Source: Gammaproteobacteria bacterium
GTDB lineage: Bacteria; Pseudomonadota; Gammaproteobacteria; DRLM01
Direction: 5' to 3'
Length of the DNA stretch: 64,000 bases
Assembly (NCBI GenBank): GCA_037381915.1
Contig: JARRQJ010000022.1
Location: forward strand, 973 to 64,972
The position numbers and the translations under genes are program-made. This document shows, piece after piece, positions 20,402 through 30,575 of this stretch. The notes under the pieces are model-generated. The model made no database searches, was not told where the DNA came from, and worked only from the letters and a program-made list of their open reading frames with translations. Each line of letters begins with the position of its first letter. The first letter of the stretch is position 1.

Positions 20402-21482
20402 GTGCCGCCTGCCGTTCCTTGAGGGCTAGGCCGGCCTCCACCGGATCCAACACGACCTTTTCCCCTTCTTCCAGGCCCGCCAGCACATCGATCATATCGC
20501 CGTTGCGGACCCGCCCGGTGCGTATCTGCCGCAAGCTGATGGTCCCGTCCTTGCCGGCCACGTACACCGCGGTCAATTCACTGCGATGGATCACCGCCCG
20601 GCGGGGGACCGAAAGGTGCCGGGACTCGCCCGTAGAGAAAGCCACCTTGACGAAAGTCCCCGCACGAATGCCCTTGAGGTCCTTGGGCAGGTTCATCCTC
20701 ACCTTGACGGTGTGGCTCTGTGGATCGGCATAGGGAAACACCGTGAGATGTTCCACCGTAACCGGGGCTTGCCGCTCGTCCGGAAACATGATCGTGGCGC
20801 GGTCCTGACTACTGACCGCGGCGACGAAGCTCTGCGGCACCTGTACCGCCACTCGCAAATCTTTGATGGACAACCCCGTCATCAGCGGCTGTCCGACCCG
20901 GACGGTCTCCCCCACCTCCACGTGGCGGGCCACCACGAAGCCGCTGTACGGCGCCTTGATCACGGTGCGCTCGAGTTGCTCCTGCGCCACCTTGACCTGG
21001 CCCTCAGCGGCGGCCAAACGTGCCTTGGCGCTGTTGAGCACGGCGGTGACGCGGTCCATCTCCGACTGGGCCACCAGCTTTCTCGCCACAAGATTCTTGG
21101 TGCGTTGATATTGCTGGCGGGCCTCCACAAGCCGCGCCTTGGCCTCAGCCACGGCGGCCTTGCTCTGGGCGAGACGGGCGCGTTGTTCGTTGTCGCGGAA
21201 ACGAATCAGGACGCTGCCCTTGGGCACGAAATCATCCACATCGAAGTTAATGGCCACGATGCGTCCGACAAACTCGGCGGACACGGTAGACTGGCGCACT
21301 GGCTCCACGACACCGTCGAGAATTTGCTCGTTAGCCGTCGTCTGGTAACGGGCCACCATCGTTGCCAAGGGCTCCGCCGCCAGCGACCACTGTGGCGTGG
21401 ACAATAACAAGAGGACGCCGCCGACCCAGGCCGCGACCAAGGCATTTCCGGCACGAGGAGTTGCCATGTGCCAAACCTCCAA
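20391..21482 (-). CDS. efflux RND transporter periplasmic adaptor subunit (membrane fusion protein, HlyD/AcrA family)
   Basis: Signal/TM followed by coiled-coil, beta-barrel and lipoyl-like domains. Overlaps the RND permease gene by 11 nt, so likely one operon. Confidence 0.9.
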   Translation of the reverse strand: MEVWHMATPRAGNALVAAWVGGVLLLLSTPQWSLAAEPLATMVARYQTTANEQILDGVVEPVRQSTVSAEFVGRIVAINFDVDDFVPKGSVLIRFRDNEQRARLAQSKAAVAEAKARLVEARQQYQRTKNLVARKLVAQSEMDRVTAVLNSAKARLAAAEGQVKVAQEQLERTVIKAPYSGFVVARHVEVGETVRVGQPLMTGLSIKDLRVAVQVPQSFVAAVSSQDRATIMFPDERQAPVTVEHLTVFPYADPQSHTVKVRMNLPKDLKGIRAGTFVKVAFSTGESRHLSVPRRAVIHRSELTAVYVAGKDGTISLRQIRTGRVRNGDMIDVLAGLEEGEKVVLDPVEAGLALKERQAAHGE

Positions 21483-22137
21483 GATTAAAATTATAATATC
21501 ATAATATCATTATATATTGACAAATCAACCCCCTTATCCTTAGCCGCCGACTGCCCCACTAGCCAATTAATACTTTAAAAACCGCATCTTATATGATGGC
21601 CCTATAAGCCGCCCATGGCTACACCCATTTGAGTACCTAATGCGGAAACGCGGCGCCTCGCGGCACTGTCACGATGATCACCTCATCCCCTGCGACCCGC
21701 CAAGGGAGACAGAAAAATATTTCAACAGGGCGTCACCCACCGTGATGTCATGACCGCAGTCCACTGGTGCCGCACTCTCCGAGCGTCGCCTCTGTCGACG
21801 GGGAATGAATCTTTTCCAGTGTCATGCAGGTCAAAGCAGATGACTCCGAAAACTCCGGGTAACGGCCCGATCATGATCCGCCCGTCAAGCGGGTTTCCTA
21901 CACGTCGCAACTCGCAAATACTCTTCCTTCCCTTGATCGCCAACCATGATGATTATGATTATAGATAAGGTCCCAGCCAAATCGGATGTAGCCCCATGCT
22001 GCCACTGAGCAATTGTATTGGGTCCGTCTTGCGATGCCGTTTTCGCCGCCAGGCTTGCGGCGCGACGAGCCGCCATGCCCACCCGAACCGCCTCGATCTC
22101 CATGATATATAGATGGAAATCCCTCCGCCGATGCATT

Positions 22138-23619
22138 ATGGTTGTGAAAATTATTTTTGCAAAGCCCGTCTTGAAGAACGTTGCCCGATATAAGAACGCG
22201 TGGGGGAGGCCATGGAGACGCCAGGCACTCTTGTTGCTTGCCCTGCTCTGCTCGAACGCCCCCTTGTCCGCGCTCGCCACGGAGACTTCGCCCAATCTGG
22301 CGCTGCCCGATTTCGGTGACGCCTCGGGAACCTTGATGTCGCCCCAGGAAGAACACCGCCTGGGAGAAGAGTTCATGCGCAATGTGCGCCGTTCGGTCAA
22401 GATAATCGATGATCCGCAGGTCGAAGAATACATTCAGAATCTCGGCTACCGCCTGGTCGCCGGCACCGATCCGCAGCCCTACCGCTTCACTTACTTTGTG
22501 GTGCAGGATCCGGAGATCAACGCCTTCGCCGGACCGGGCGGCTACATCGGCGTGAACAGCGGCTTGATACTGATCGCGAAATCGGAGAGCGAGCTTGCCA
22601 GCGTATTGGCACACGAAACCGCGCACGTCACACAACACCACCTGCTGCGCTCTTTCGACAAGGCAAACCGCACCAATCTCCCCGCCACGGCGGCATTGAT
22701 CGCCGCCTTGATCCTGGGCGCCCATAATCCGCAACTGGCGGAAGCGGCCATCGCCTCCACCGTCGCCGGCAGCCAGCAGATGCAAATCAATTTCACCCGC
22801 GAAAACGAGCTGGAAGCGGACCGGGTCGGCATGCAGATACTCGTTGCGGCCGGCTACGATCCCCGCAATATGCCCGCCTTCTTCGAAAGGATGCAGAAGG
22901 CCACCCGTTATTATCAAAGTGGTATACCGAAACTGTTGCTTGACCACCCCGTCACCACGGCGCGTATCGCCGATACGGACCGCGCCAAGCTGCGGGTGAT
23001 CACCACCGACGACCCGTCGCAAGCGGTGAAATACTTCGCCTCCGAGCTAAAGCAGAAGACCTACACCCATGAAGAAGCGGCACGCTACGGCTATGCCCTG
23101 GCCCTGCTACGTGACGACCAAATCGATCAGGCCCGGGAACAGATCAAATGGCTACTGAAAAAATCCCCCAACCGCATCTCCTATCTCATCGCCCAAGCAC
23201 AGCTGGAGTCGGCGGCCGGCAAGGGCAAAAATGCGCTGAAGATCTACGGCAATGCCTTACAGCTTTATCCGCGCAACTATCCATTAACCATCCTCTACAG
23301 CACCGAATTGTTACACGAGGGCCAGGCGGCGACGGCGCGGCAAATACTGCAGGAATATTTACGTCATCGCGATCCCAAACCGCTGGTCTACAAACTGCTC
23401 GCCCAAGCGGAAAACGACGAAGGCTCACCCATAGAATCCCTGCAGGCCCTGGCGGAATATGATTACCTCAACGGCCAGACGCAAAGCGCCATCGAACACC
23501 TCAACCGGGCGCTGGGGATGACCAAGAAAGACGATTTTTATCATGCGTCGCGCCTCAAGGCGCGTCTCAAGGAACTCAAGCAACAGGCGAAACTCGAAGC
23601 CAGGGAAAAATCGCAGTAA
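22138..23619 (+). CDS. bepA: M48-family Zn metalloprotease with TPR repeats (BepA/YfgC-like beta-barrel assembly-enhancing protease)
   Basis: HETAHVTQHH HExxH motif with a downstream NELEADR, a signal peptide (LLLLALLCSNAPLSALA) and a C-terminal TPR region. Start set at MVVKIIF (22138); the ORF track TTG start is 22018. Confidence 0.85.
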   Translation: MVVKIIFAKPVLKNVARYKNAWGRPWRRQALLLLALLCSNAPLSALATETSPNLALPDFGDASGTLMSPQEEHRLGEEFMRNVRRSVKIIDDPQVEEYIQNLGYRLVAGTDPQPYRFTYFVVQDPEINAFAGPGGYIGVNSGLILIAKSESELASVLAHETAHVTQHHLLRSFDKANRTNLPATAALIAALILGAHNPQLAEAAIASTVAGSQQMQINFTRENELEADRVGMQILVAAGYDPRNMPAFFERMQKATRYYQSGIPKLLLDHPVTTARIADTDRAKLRVITTDDPSQAVKYFASELKQKTYTHEEAARYGYALALLRDDQIDQAREQIKWLLKKSPNRISYLIAQAQLESAAGKGKNALKIYGNALQLYPRNYPLTILYSTELLHEGQAATARQILQEYLRHRDPKPLVYKLLAQAENDEGSPIESLQALAEYDYLNGQTQSAIEHLNRALGMTKKDDFYHASRLKARLKELKQQAKLEAREKSQ

Positions 23620-23638
23620 CGTCGAGCGGCGAATGCGT

Positions 23639-24670
23639 TCAGCCCTTGAGGGCGGCGCGCACCGCCGTCGCCACTTGCGCCTCATCCGGAATTGACGCCG
23701 CTTCCAGGGCGCCGTTGTAAGGTGTGGGCACATCGGCGCCGGCCACGCGGCCTATGGGCGCTTCCAGATCGAAGAAACTCGCCTCGCTCAAGGCCGCCAC
23801 AATCTCCGCGCCGGCGCCGGCGAAACGGCAATCTTCCTCCACGACCAATGCGCGATGGGTCTTGGCCAGCGAGGTCTGTAGCAGCGGCAGGTCGATGGGC
23901 CGCAGGCTGCGCAGATCGATCACTTCCGCCTCAACGGACTCCTTGGCCAACGCCGCCGCCGCCGCGAGACACACCTGTACCATGCGCGACCAGGCGATCA
24001 AGGTGATATGCTTTCCCATCCGCCTCACCGCGGCGCTGTGCAGCGCTGGTGGCGGCGCGGCTTGATCGAACCGGCCCTTGGCGAAATACAGCAGTTCGTG
24101 CTCCAGAACGATGATGGGATCCGGGTCCTGCACGGCCTGTATCAGCTGCCAGTAGGCGTCCTGGGGCGTGGCCGGCACCGCGATGCGCAAGCCGGGGACG
24201 TTCATCAAGGTGTGCTCCAGGCGCTGCGAGTGCTGAGCTCCCAGCTGCCTGGCCACGCCGCCGGGCATGCGCACCACCAGCGGTACATGCAATTGTCCAC
24301 CCGACATGTAGCGCAGCTTGGCCGCCATATTGATCAAGGCATCCAGGGCCAGCAGGGCGAAATTTACGGTCATGATCTCCACCACCGGCCGTCCCCCGGC
24401 CAGCGCCGCGCCCACCGCCAATCCGCTGAAGCTGTTTTCGGAGATCGGCGTATCGCGCACCCGCCATTCACCGTACTTGGCGTAGAGGCCCTGGGTAACG
24501 CGATAGCTTCCCCCATACAGGCCCACATCTTCGCCCAGGATAAACACGGCCTCATCCGCCGCCATGACCTGATCCAGGGCGATATTCATCGCCTCCCAGC
24601 ACATCAGCTCCGCCGCGGGCCGGGCGACACCGACGGTGCCAGCGTTCTGGGGACGGTCATGCTTGCTCAT
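23639..24670 (-). CDS. 2-oxoacid (pyruvate/acetoin-type) dehydrogenase E1 component beta subunit
   Basis: Transketolase-like pyrimidine-binding and C-terminal domains (…FILGEDVGLYGGSYRVTQGL…). Overlaps the alpha-subunit gene by 4 nt. Confidence 0.9.
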   Translation of the reverse strand: MSKHDRPQNAGTVGVARPAAELMCWEAMNIALDQVMAADEAVFILGEDVGLYGGSYRVTQGLYAKYGEWRVRDTPISENSFSGLAVGAALAGGRPVVEIMTVNFALLALDALINMAAKLRYMSGGQLHVPLVVRMPGGVARQLGAQHSQRLEHTLMNVPGLRIAVPATPQDAYWQLIQAVQDPDPIIVLEHELLYFAKGRFDQAAPPPALHSAAVRRMGKHITLIAWSRMVQVCLAAAAALAKESVEAEVIDLRSLRPIDLPLLQTSLAKTHRALVVEEDCRFAGAGAEIVAALSEASFFDLEAPIGRVAGADVPTPYNGALEAASIPDEAQVATAVRAALKG

Positions 24671-25644
24671 GGCGCCCCCCGGTAGAGATCGACGGGCCGG
24701 GCATACACGTCCTTGTACAGCTCACCGGGCGGCGGACTGGCAAGGGCGTAGGCGACGGCCTCGTCCACCGTCTGCCGTGCGCGTTCTTCCAGCTCCTCGA
24801 TGGCGGTCCCGGTTAACCATCCCGCGTCTTCGACGCGACGGCGAAACATTGTCAGAGGATCGCGGGCGCGCAGTTCAGCCATTTCCAGACCGGAACGATA
24901 GGCGTCGCTGTCGGCCATGGAATGACCGCGAAAACGATAGGTCTCGCACTCCAGCAGATAAGGACCCAAACCGCTGCGTACATGTTCCAGGGCCATGCGG
25001 CTCGCCTCGTATACCGCCAGTACCTCCATGCCGTCCACGCGGCGCGCCTCGATGCCGTAGGCGTGGGCGCGTTTGTAGACCTCGGGGACCGCGGAGTGAC
25101 GGTGGATCTCCGTGCCGATTTGATAATGATTGTTCTCGCACACGAACAAGACCGGCAGCTTCCATAGCGCGGCCATATTCAGGGATTCATGAAACGTTCC
25201 CTGGTTGACGGCGCCGTCGCCGAAGTAGCACAGCACCACATCGCGGCTGTTCAACAGCACCTGGCGATAGGCAACGCCGATGGCGACGGGAAAGGTTTCG
25301 CCGACGATGGCGTAGCCGCCGAACAAACGCCGTTGCGCGTCGAACAGATGCATGGAACCGCCATAGCCGCCAGCGCAACCACCACTGCGTCCGAACAGTT
25401 CCGCCATCACCGTCGCGGGAGGAACACCGCGCATCAGGGCATGGACGTGTTCGCGGTAGGTGGATACCACATAATCACCGGGATCGGCGGTGCGCAGCGA
25501 GCCGACCGCCACCGCCTCCTCGCCGGGATAAAGGTGCAGGAATCCGGCGATATTGCCCTGTGCGTACTGTTCGGCGGCCGCCTGCTCAAACTGGCGGGCC
25601 AGGAGCATGTCATAGAGAAACTGCCGGGCAAGATCTCGTTCCAT
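24667..25644 (-). CDS. 2-oxoacid dehydrogenase E1 component alpha subunit (TPP-dependent)
   Basis: MLLARQFEQAAAEQYAQGNIAGFLHLYPGEEAVAVG… and the TPP-binding GDGAVNQG motif. Confidence 0.9.
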   Translation of the reverse strand: MERDLARQFLYDMLLARQFEQAAAEQYAQGNIAGFLHLYPGEEAVAVGSLRTADPGDYVVSTYREHVHALMRGVPPATVMAELFGRSGGCAGGYGGSMHLFDAQRRLFGGYAIVGETFPVAIGVAYRQVLLNSRDVVLCYFGDGAVNQGTFHESLNMAALWKLPVLFVCENNHYQIGTEIHRHSAVPEVYKRAHAYGIEARRVDGMEVLAVYEASRMALEHVRSGLGPYLLECETYRFRGHSMADSDAYRSGLEMAELRARDPLTMFRRRVEDAGWLTGTAIEELEERARQTVDEAVAYALASPPPGELYKDVYARPVDLYRGAP

Positions 25645-25829
25645 GGATCACTCCACAGTTGTAAGACGAATTCTCGGCGCATCAACGTCGGAACACCCGC
25701 AAAACGCCGCTGCTACTTTCGACCCAATCCACTACTCACGCAGGGTGTCGCCCATCGCCACCGGTGAAACACGAATTCCGGCTTTACCTCGCCTGTAGCC
25801 GGCAGGATGCCATTACCCCGGGATTGCCG

Positions 25830-26351
25830 TCAACGCGCCGGCCCGGACAATTTATTTGCCAGCTCGGTCTGCACCTTATGCCGGGTTCGAGTAAAGATAC
25901 TGTGCGGTACGTGCAGCAAATCGGCGACCTTGCGCACCAGGTATTCCTCATACTTGTCCTTATCCAGATCGGCAAAGGCCACGCGCCACATCATCTCGAT
26001 AACCTTGGCCTTCTGCTCCTGGGAAAATTCCTGGTCCACCAACTGGGTGAACTGAAACAATGAAACCGAACCGTCGACCTCCTCTTCCGCCAAGGCCACC
26101 AATTCATCGGTCTCCTGACGGCTGAGTTCGAACAGTGCTTGCACGGCGGATATCACCGCCCGCCGTTCGGATTGCTCCACGTGAAAATCGGCGCGGGTCA
26201 CTTCGATCAGCAAGGCGGCGGTGGCAAGTTGCAAGGCCCGCTCATGGTTTTGCTGGCCACCCTGTACCCCGGATTGGATCCGAGCGGAAAAAAATCTCTG
26301 AATGCGGCGTATCATCACTTCTCCCGCATAATGCTCAACAATATTTGACAA
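25830..26351 (-). CDS. TerB-family (tellurite-resistance TerB-like) protein
   Basis: 173-aa helical protein with the TerB-like pattern …ALLIEVTRADFHVEQSERRAVISAV…EMMWRVAFADLDKDKYEEYLVRKVADLL…. Confidence 0.7.
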   Translation of the reverse strand: MSNIVEHYAGEVMIRRIQRFFSARIQSGVQGGQQNHERALQLATAALLIEVTRADFHVEQSERRAVISAVQALFELSRQETDELVALAEEEVDGSVSLFQFTQLVDQEFSQEQKAKVIEMMWRVAFADLDKDKYEEYLVRKVADLLHVPHSIFTRTRHKVQTELANKLSGPAR

Positions 26352-26375
26352 ATCCGTCCCCGTGGGGCCGGGAAC

Positions 26376-28259
26376 TCAGCGCACCGCGGAGACACTCGTA
26401 TCGCGCAGCAGACCGATTATGTCGTCGATCTGACCTTTCATCGCCTCATCCAATGCAGTCTCTCCGTTGCGGTTGCGTATCGACGTATCGGCACCGGCGT
26501 CCAGCAGCACGCTGACCACATCACGATGCCCGCCGACCACCGCCATCATCAAGGGCGTCATGCCCGTCCCCGCGGACACGTCCACGGTACCCGGCAAACC
26601 CTCGTCACCTTCCCGCGCATCCAGGTCGGCGTGGTGGGCCACCAGGGCACGCACGATTTGCACGTTGCCCGCCTTGGCCGCCTCCATGAGCGGACTCTCC
26701 CCGGCCGTGCTCCTGATATTTGGATCGGCGTGGTGATCCAGCAACAGATTCACCACATCCGCATAGCCCCGCTCTACGGCCGAGAACAAGGCGGTCTTCC
26801 CGGCAAAACCGCGGACATCGGGGTCGGCCCCTTTCTCCAGCAGCACCTTGACCGTTTTTTCATAGCCCCCCTGCGCGGCCTTGCACAGCGGAGGATTGCG
26901 CTCCTGCGGCAGGATGCCGATGGTCGCATCCGCGGTATAGGCGGGAACGCTGCGCTGTCCCTCGTTCGGATCGATTCCCGTGGCCAGCAGCATGGCAACG
27001 ATTTTGTCATGGCCCTGCTCCGCCGCGACGGACAAGGGCGTATCGTCGTGGGGATTGGCCAACTTCGGATCGGCGCCGTGATCGAGCAGGTAGGCCACCA
27101 CGGCTTCGTGCCCCATCTGCGCCGCCAAAATCAACGCGGTGTCACCCAGGGAGGCCGCTCGGGCGAGCGCCTGCTCACTCAACGGGATCTTCGCCCCGGT
27201 CCAGGTCCAGGCACGGAAACCGACGGTCACCCGATTGACATTCGCGCCGCGGCTCATTATCGCCTTCACCGCATCCACGCTGCCGCCATAGGCCGCCGCC
27301 AACAGGGGTGTGACCCCGGCACGGTTCTTGGCCTCCGGATCGGCACCGGCCACCAGGGATTCCACCACTTCCTTGGCATCACCATGGCTGGCGGCCATGA
27401 TCAGGGACTCATTCAGGCTTAACCCCTTATAACTCAACGCCTCCTTAGCACCGCCCTTCATCAACAAGTTGGCAATATCCTGATTTCCGTACTCCTGGGC
27501 CACAGACAGGGCGGTCGCCCCCTGGCTGCTGCGGGCATCGGGCTTGGCCCCTTTGGCCAGCAGCATCTTGATGATCGTCAGCCAATTCTCCACCGAGGTG
27601 GTACTGGGGACCAGACCGCGCTTGGCGGCATACATCAATGGCGTATAACCGCTTTCCGGCGATTTCGCCGGGAGGGTATTGTTGATATTGGGATCGGCCC
27701 CGGCATCCAGCAGCAGGGTCACCACACCCAGATGCCCGTAGCGCACCGCATTAAATAGAGCAGTCTCCCCATCCTGATCTTTGGCGTCCACCTTCGCCCC
27801 GGCATCCAGCAGCATTTTGACGAGCTTGGTGTCATCGTGCAGCGCCGCCGCCATCAGGGCCGTGCTGTGCTCATGGTTCTCCGCATTGACCGCCGCGCCC
27901 GCCGCGAGCAGTTCCTTGACGATATCCGCGTGTCCGCCGCCCGCGGCGGTGATCAGGGCGGTGTTGCCCAAGTAATCCCTCACCGTCAACGGCAGATGGT
28001 GATCCAAATACGATTTGACCACGTCCTGCTGTCCGAACCGGGCCGCCTTGATGAAGTTGGCCGCCGTTTCGGGGTCCACCGTCGGCGGCGGCGCGGGCTT
28101 GGCCGGGGCCGCCTTGCCCGCGGCGGCGGCCTGGGGCGGAGCCGCTGGGGCGGCCGATTTGGCCGCTTCCTCCGCTCCTGCCCCTGCGGGCAATAGCATG
28201 CTCAAGATCATCAATAGCCCCCACCCCGCACGGGTGCACTTTTTGGTAGCAATCGACAT
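26376..28259 (-). CDS. secreted ankyrin-repeat protein (~17 ANK repeats)
   Basis: Signal peptide (MSIATKKCTRAGWGLLMILSMLLPAGAGA), an Ala/Pro-rich linker, then tandem 33-aa ANK repeats (…G.TALM.AA..GH..VV..LL..GAD.N…). Ends 24 nt upstream of the TerB gene on the same strand. Confidence 0.9.
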   Translation of the reverse strand: MSIATKKCTRAGWGLLMILSMLLPAGAGAEEAAKSAAPAAPPQAAAAGKAAPAKPAPPPTVDPETAANFIKAARFGQQDVVKSYLDHHLPLTVRDYLGNTALITAAGGGHADIVKELLAAGAAVNAENHEHSTALMAAALHDDTKLVKMLLDAGAKVDAKDQDGETALFNAVRYGHLGVVTLLLDAGADPNINNTLPAKSPESGYTPLMYAAKRGLVPSTTSVENWLTIIKMLLAKGAKPDARSSQGATALSVAQEYGNQDIANLLMKGGAKEALSYKGLSLNESLIMAASHGDAKEVVESLVAGADPEAKNRAGVTPLLAAAYGGSVDAVKAIMSRGANVNRVTVGFRAWTWTGAKIPLSEQALARAASLGDTALILAAQMGHEAVVAYLLDHGADPKLANPHDDTPLSVAAEQGHDKIVAMLLATGIDPNEGQRSVPAYTADATIGILPQERNPPLCKAAQGGYEKTVKVLLEKGADPDVRGFAGKTALFSAVERGYADVVNLLLDHHADPNIRSTAGESPLMEAAKAGNVQIVRALVAHHADLDAREGDEGLPGTVDVSAGTGMTPLMMAVVGGHRDVVSVLLDAGADTSIRNRNGETALDEAMKGQIDDIIGLLRDTSVSAVR

Positions 28260-28388
28260 GGCGGTTTCCCCCTCTGGGACTCAACTTTCTTCAATTAGTT
28301 CTTTTTGTTACATCCTGGACCATTCTGCCATGCGGTTAAGCACAGCGAAGCGCTCTACTATACCATTCTCCCCGGCCTCTTCACCGTC

Positions 28389-29189
28389 TCAATGCGCCCC
28401 GCCGTCTCCCTCGGTTTCATAGCGCTGCCAGACACAGGCCCCCCCGTTATTTTCCGCCATGGCCCGGAGATAGCGCTGATGGGCGTCCAATTCCCGGCTG
28501 CTGGCCCGGATCACGGGCAGGGGTCGACGATCGGCGCGCACCCGGCTCGTCACCGCCGCCTCGGCCACCTCCGCCTCTCGCTGCCCCTCCAGAGACAGGC
28601 TGACTTGGCCGCCGGTCATGGCCAGATAGACATCCGCCAGGATCTCCGCGTCCAGCAGGGCGCCGTGCAGTTCACGCTGCGAATTGTCTATCCCGTAGCG
28701 CTTGCATAAGGCATCCAGGTTGTTGCGCTGGCCGGGGTGCAGCTGGCGAGCCTGGGTCAGGGTGTCCAAGACGCTGCAATAGTCCGTCACTTGAGCGAAT
28801 TCCGCCCCCAGCGATGCCAGTTCGTGGTTGAGAAAACCCACGTCGAAGGGCGCATTATGAATGATCAGTTCAGATCCCCGAATAAAGTCGAGAAAGTCAT
28901 CTGCGATTTCCGCAAACCGCGGCTTATCCATGAGGAAATCATTGGTGATGCCGTGAATTTCCACCGCCGCCTCGTCGATGTCACGATCCGGCTGCAAATA
29001 TTGGTGATAGCGATTGCCGGTGAGGCGACGGTTGATCATCTCGACGCAGCCGATCTCGATGATGCGATGTCCCTGGGAGGGCTCAAGCCCCGTAGTTTCG
29101 GTATCGAGCACGACTTGCCGCACGGTGTAATTCCTCTCGTATAGCGCCTCTCGCCGCGAGGACGAGAGCGCGCGAAATCCCGATATCAA
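28389..29189 (-). CDS. dnaQ: DNA polymerase III epsilon subunit (3'-5' proofreading exonuclease)
   Basis: VVLDTETTGLEP…IIEIGCVEM…YHQYLQPDRDID…HGITNDFL are DEDDh exonuclease motifs. Confidence 0.9.
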   Translation of the reverse strand: MISGFRALSSSRREALYERNYTVRQVVLDTETTGLEPSQGHRIIEIGCVEMINRRLTGNRYHQYLQPDRDIDEAAVEIHGITNDFLMDKPRFAEIADDFLDFIRGSELIIHNAPFDVGFLNHELASLGAEFAQVTDYCSVLDTLTQARQLHPGQRNNLDALCKRYGIDNSQRELHGALLDAEILADVYLAMTGGQVSLSLEGQREAEVAEAAVTSRVRADRRPLPVIRASSRELDAHQRYLRAMAENNGGACVWQRYETEGDGGAH

Positions 29190-29264
29190 TGCCTCGCAAC
29201 CGTCGCCGGGAGAATTGCTTCGAACCCGACTATTCCGCTGCGCTTTTTCGAGCCTGCGTTATGC

Positions 29265-29744
29265 TCAGGCCTTTTGTTGTAACTCATCTATGGCGCGATT
29301 GGCCAGGGCGTCGGCACGCTCATTATCCGCGTGGCCGGTATGGCCCCGCACCCAGTGCCACGTCACCCGATGCCTCCCCACCAATTCGTCCAGGCGCTGC
29401 CAGAGATCCATGTTTTTCACCGGCTTGCGCTCGGCGGTTTTCCAGCCACGCCGCTTCCAATCGGCCATCCATTCCGTGATGCCGCGTTTCACGTATTGGG
29501 AATCGGTGGTCAAGGCCACCTGACTGTGGCGCGTGAGCGCCCCCAGTCCGGCGATGGCAGCCATCAATTCCATGCGGTTATTGGTCGTGTGCGGTTCGCC
29601 GCCGTAGAGGGTCTTTTCCCGTCCCTTATATCGCAGGATTACTCCCCAGCCGCCGGGGCCGGGATTGCCGCGGCAGGCCCCGTCCGTGTAGATTTCCACC
29701 ACTTCAGCCACGACCGACACTGCCCCTGGTCGGTTTTGCCACAT
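29265..29744 (-). CDS. rnhA: ribonuclease HI
   Basis: [49 protein letters not shown]…STDSQYV… is close to E. coli RnhA. The true start is probably an internal GTG at ~29711-29720, which avoids a 41-nt overlap with the upstream gene. Confidence 0.9.
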   Translation of the reverse strand: MWQNRPGAVSVVAEVVEIYTDGACRGNPGPGGWGVILRYKGREKTLYGGEPHTTNNRMELMAAIAGLGALTRHSQVALTTDSQYVKRGITEWMADWKRRGWKTAERKPVKNMDLWQRLDELVGRHRVTWHWVRGHTGHADNERADALANRAIDELQQKA

Positions 29745-30534
29745 CCACGACCAAGCGCCGCTGCGGGCGCCAGCGACGCAGCTTGATCGGCGTCAGTGTC
29801 GCCATGCGCTTTTGCGCGACGATGATGTTGACCCCGGCCAGAATCGGCCACCCACGCATCCCGACCTTATCCAGAAAACGCAGGCGACGCATGACCCCCT
29901 GTCGGCCGATCGGTGGACGAAAAAACAGCGGCACTACCTGCACCATGTCGAAACCCAACAGCCCCATCCAGTCTTTCATGCGCGTAACGCTGAGAAAACG
30001 CCCGCTCCAGGGAAACTTCCTGCTGCGGCGCCGCAGCAGGCGCCACACTCCCCACAGGCTCCATGGATTAAAGGCGACAATGACCACATGTCCTTCAGGA
30101 ATCAGTATACGGTCGACTTCTCGCAACACTTCATGCGGCTCTCTGGCGAATTCCAAGGTATGCTGCAATACCACCACGTCGAGGCTGTCTGCCTGCACCG
30201 GTACCATCTCGGGCATCGCCACAACATAGGGATACGCCACACCCCGGGGAGGGTCCACATCCATAATCATGCGCATGCGGATGCGGCTCTCGGCAAGAAT
30301 GTCCCGCGGCGCCACCCATCCCAGTTGCAGCAGGTAATAACCGAACAAATTTTGCAGAACCTTATCCAATGCGGTTTGTTCTTGATCCAGCAACGCCGTG
30401 CCAAGCACGTCGGCGAACCAGGCCCGCAACTGGTACCGCCGACCGTACAATTCCGTTATATCGTTGCCCATACCCATGTTCATACGTTCCCGGCCAGATG
30501 TAACAGAATACCCGCCTAATCTTGCCGAGACCAC
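29704..30534 (-). CDS. class I SAM-dependent methyltransferase (YafS-like; the methyltransferase of the conserved dnaQ-rnhA-MTase-gloB cluster)
   Basis: Rossmann MTase core ([14 protein letters not shown]…[12 protein letters not shown]…) and its position in the conserved cluster. Start possibly MNMGMG at 30483. Confidence 0.75.
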   Translation of the reverse strand: MVSARLGGYSVTSGRERMNMGMGNDITELYGRRYQLRAWFADVLGTALLDQEQTALDKVLQNLFGYYLLQLGWVAPRDILAESRIRMRMIMDVDPPRGVAYPYVVAMPEMVPVQADSLDVVVLQHTLEFAREPHEVLREVDRILIPEGHVVIVAFNPWSLWGVWRLLRRRSRKFPWSGRFLSVTRMKDWMGLLGFDMVQVVPLFFRPPIGRQGVMRRLRFLDKVGMRGWPILAGVNIIVAQKRMATLTPIKLRRWRPQRRLVVDVAKPTRGSVGRG

Positions 30535-30575
30535 CCGTGGTTGACCTCACTGCGAACCGCTGTCAGCATTGATCC

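Noticed and set aside
21898-23022. 374-aa minus-strand ORF overlapping bepA
   Set aside because: bepA on the plus strand has an HExxH motif, a signal peptide and a TPR region. The minus-strand ORF is low-complexity (G/R/A-rich).
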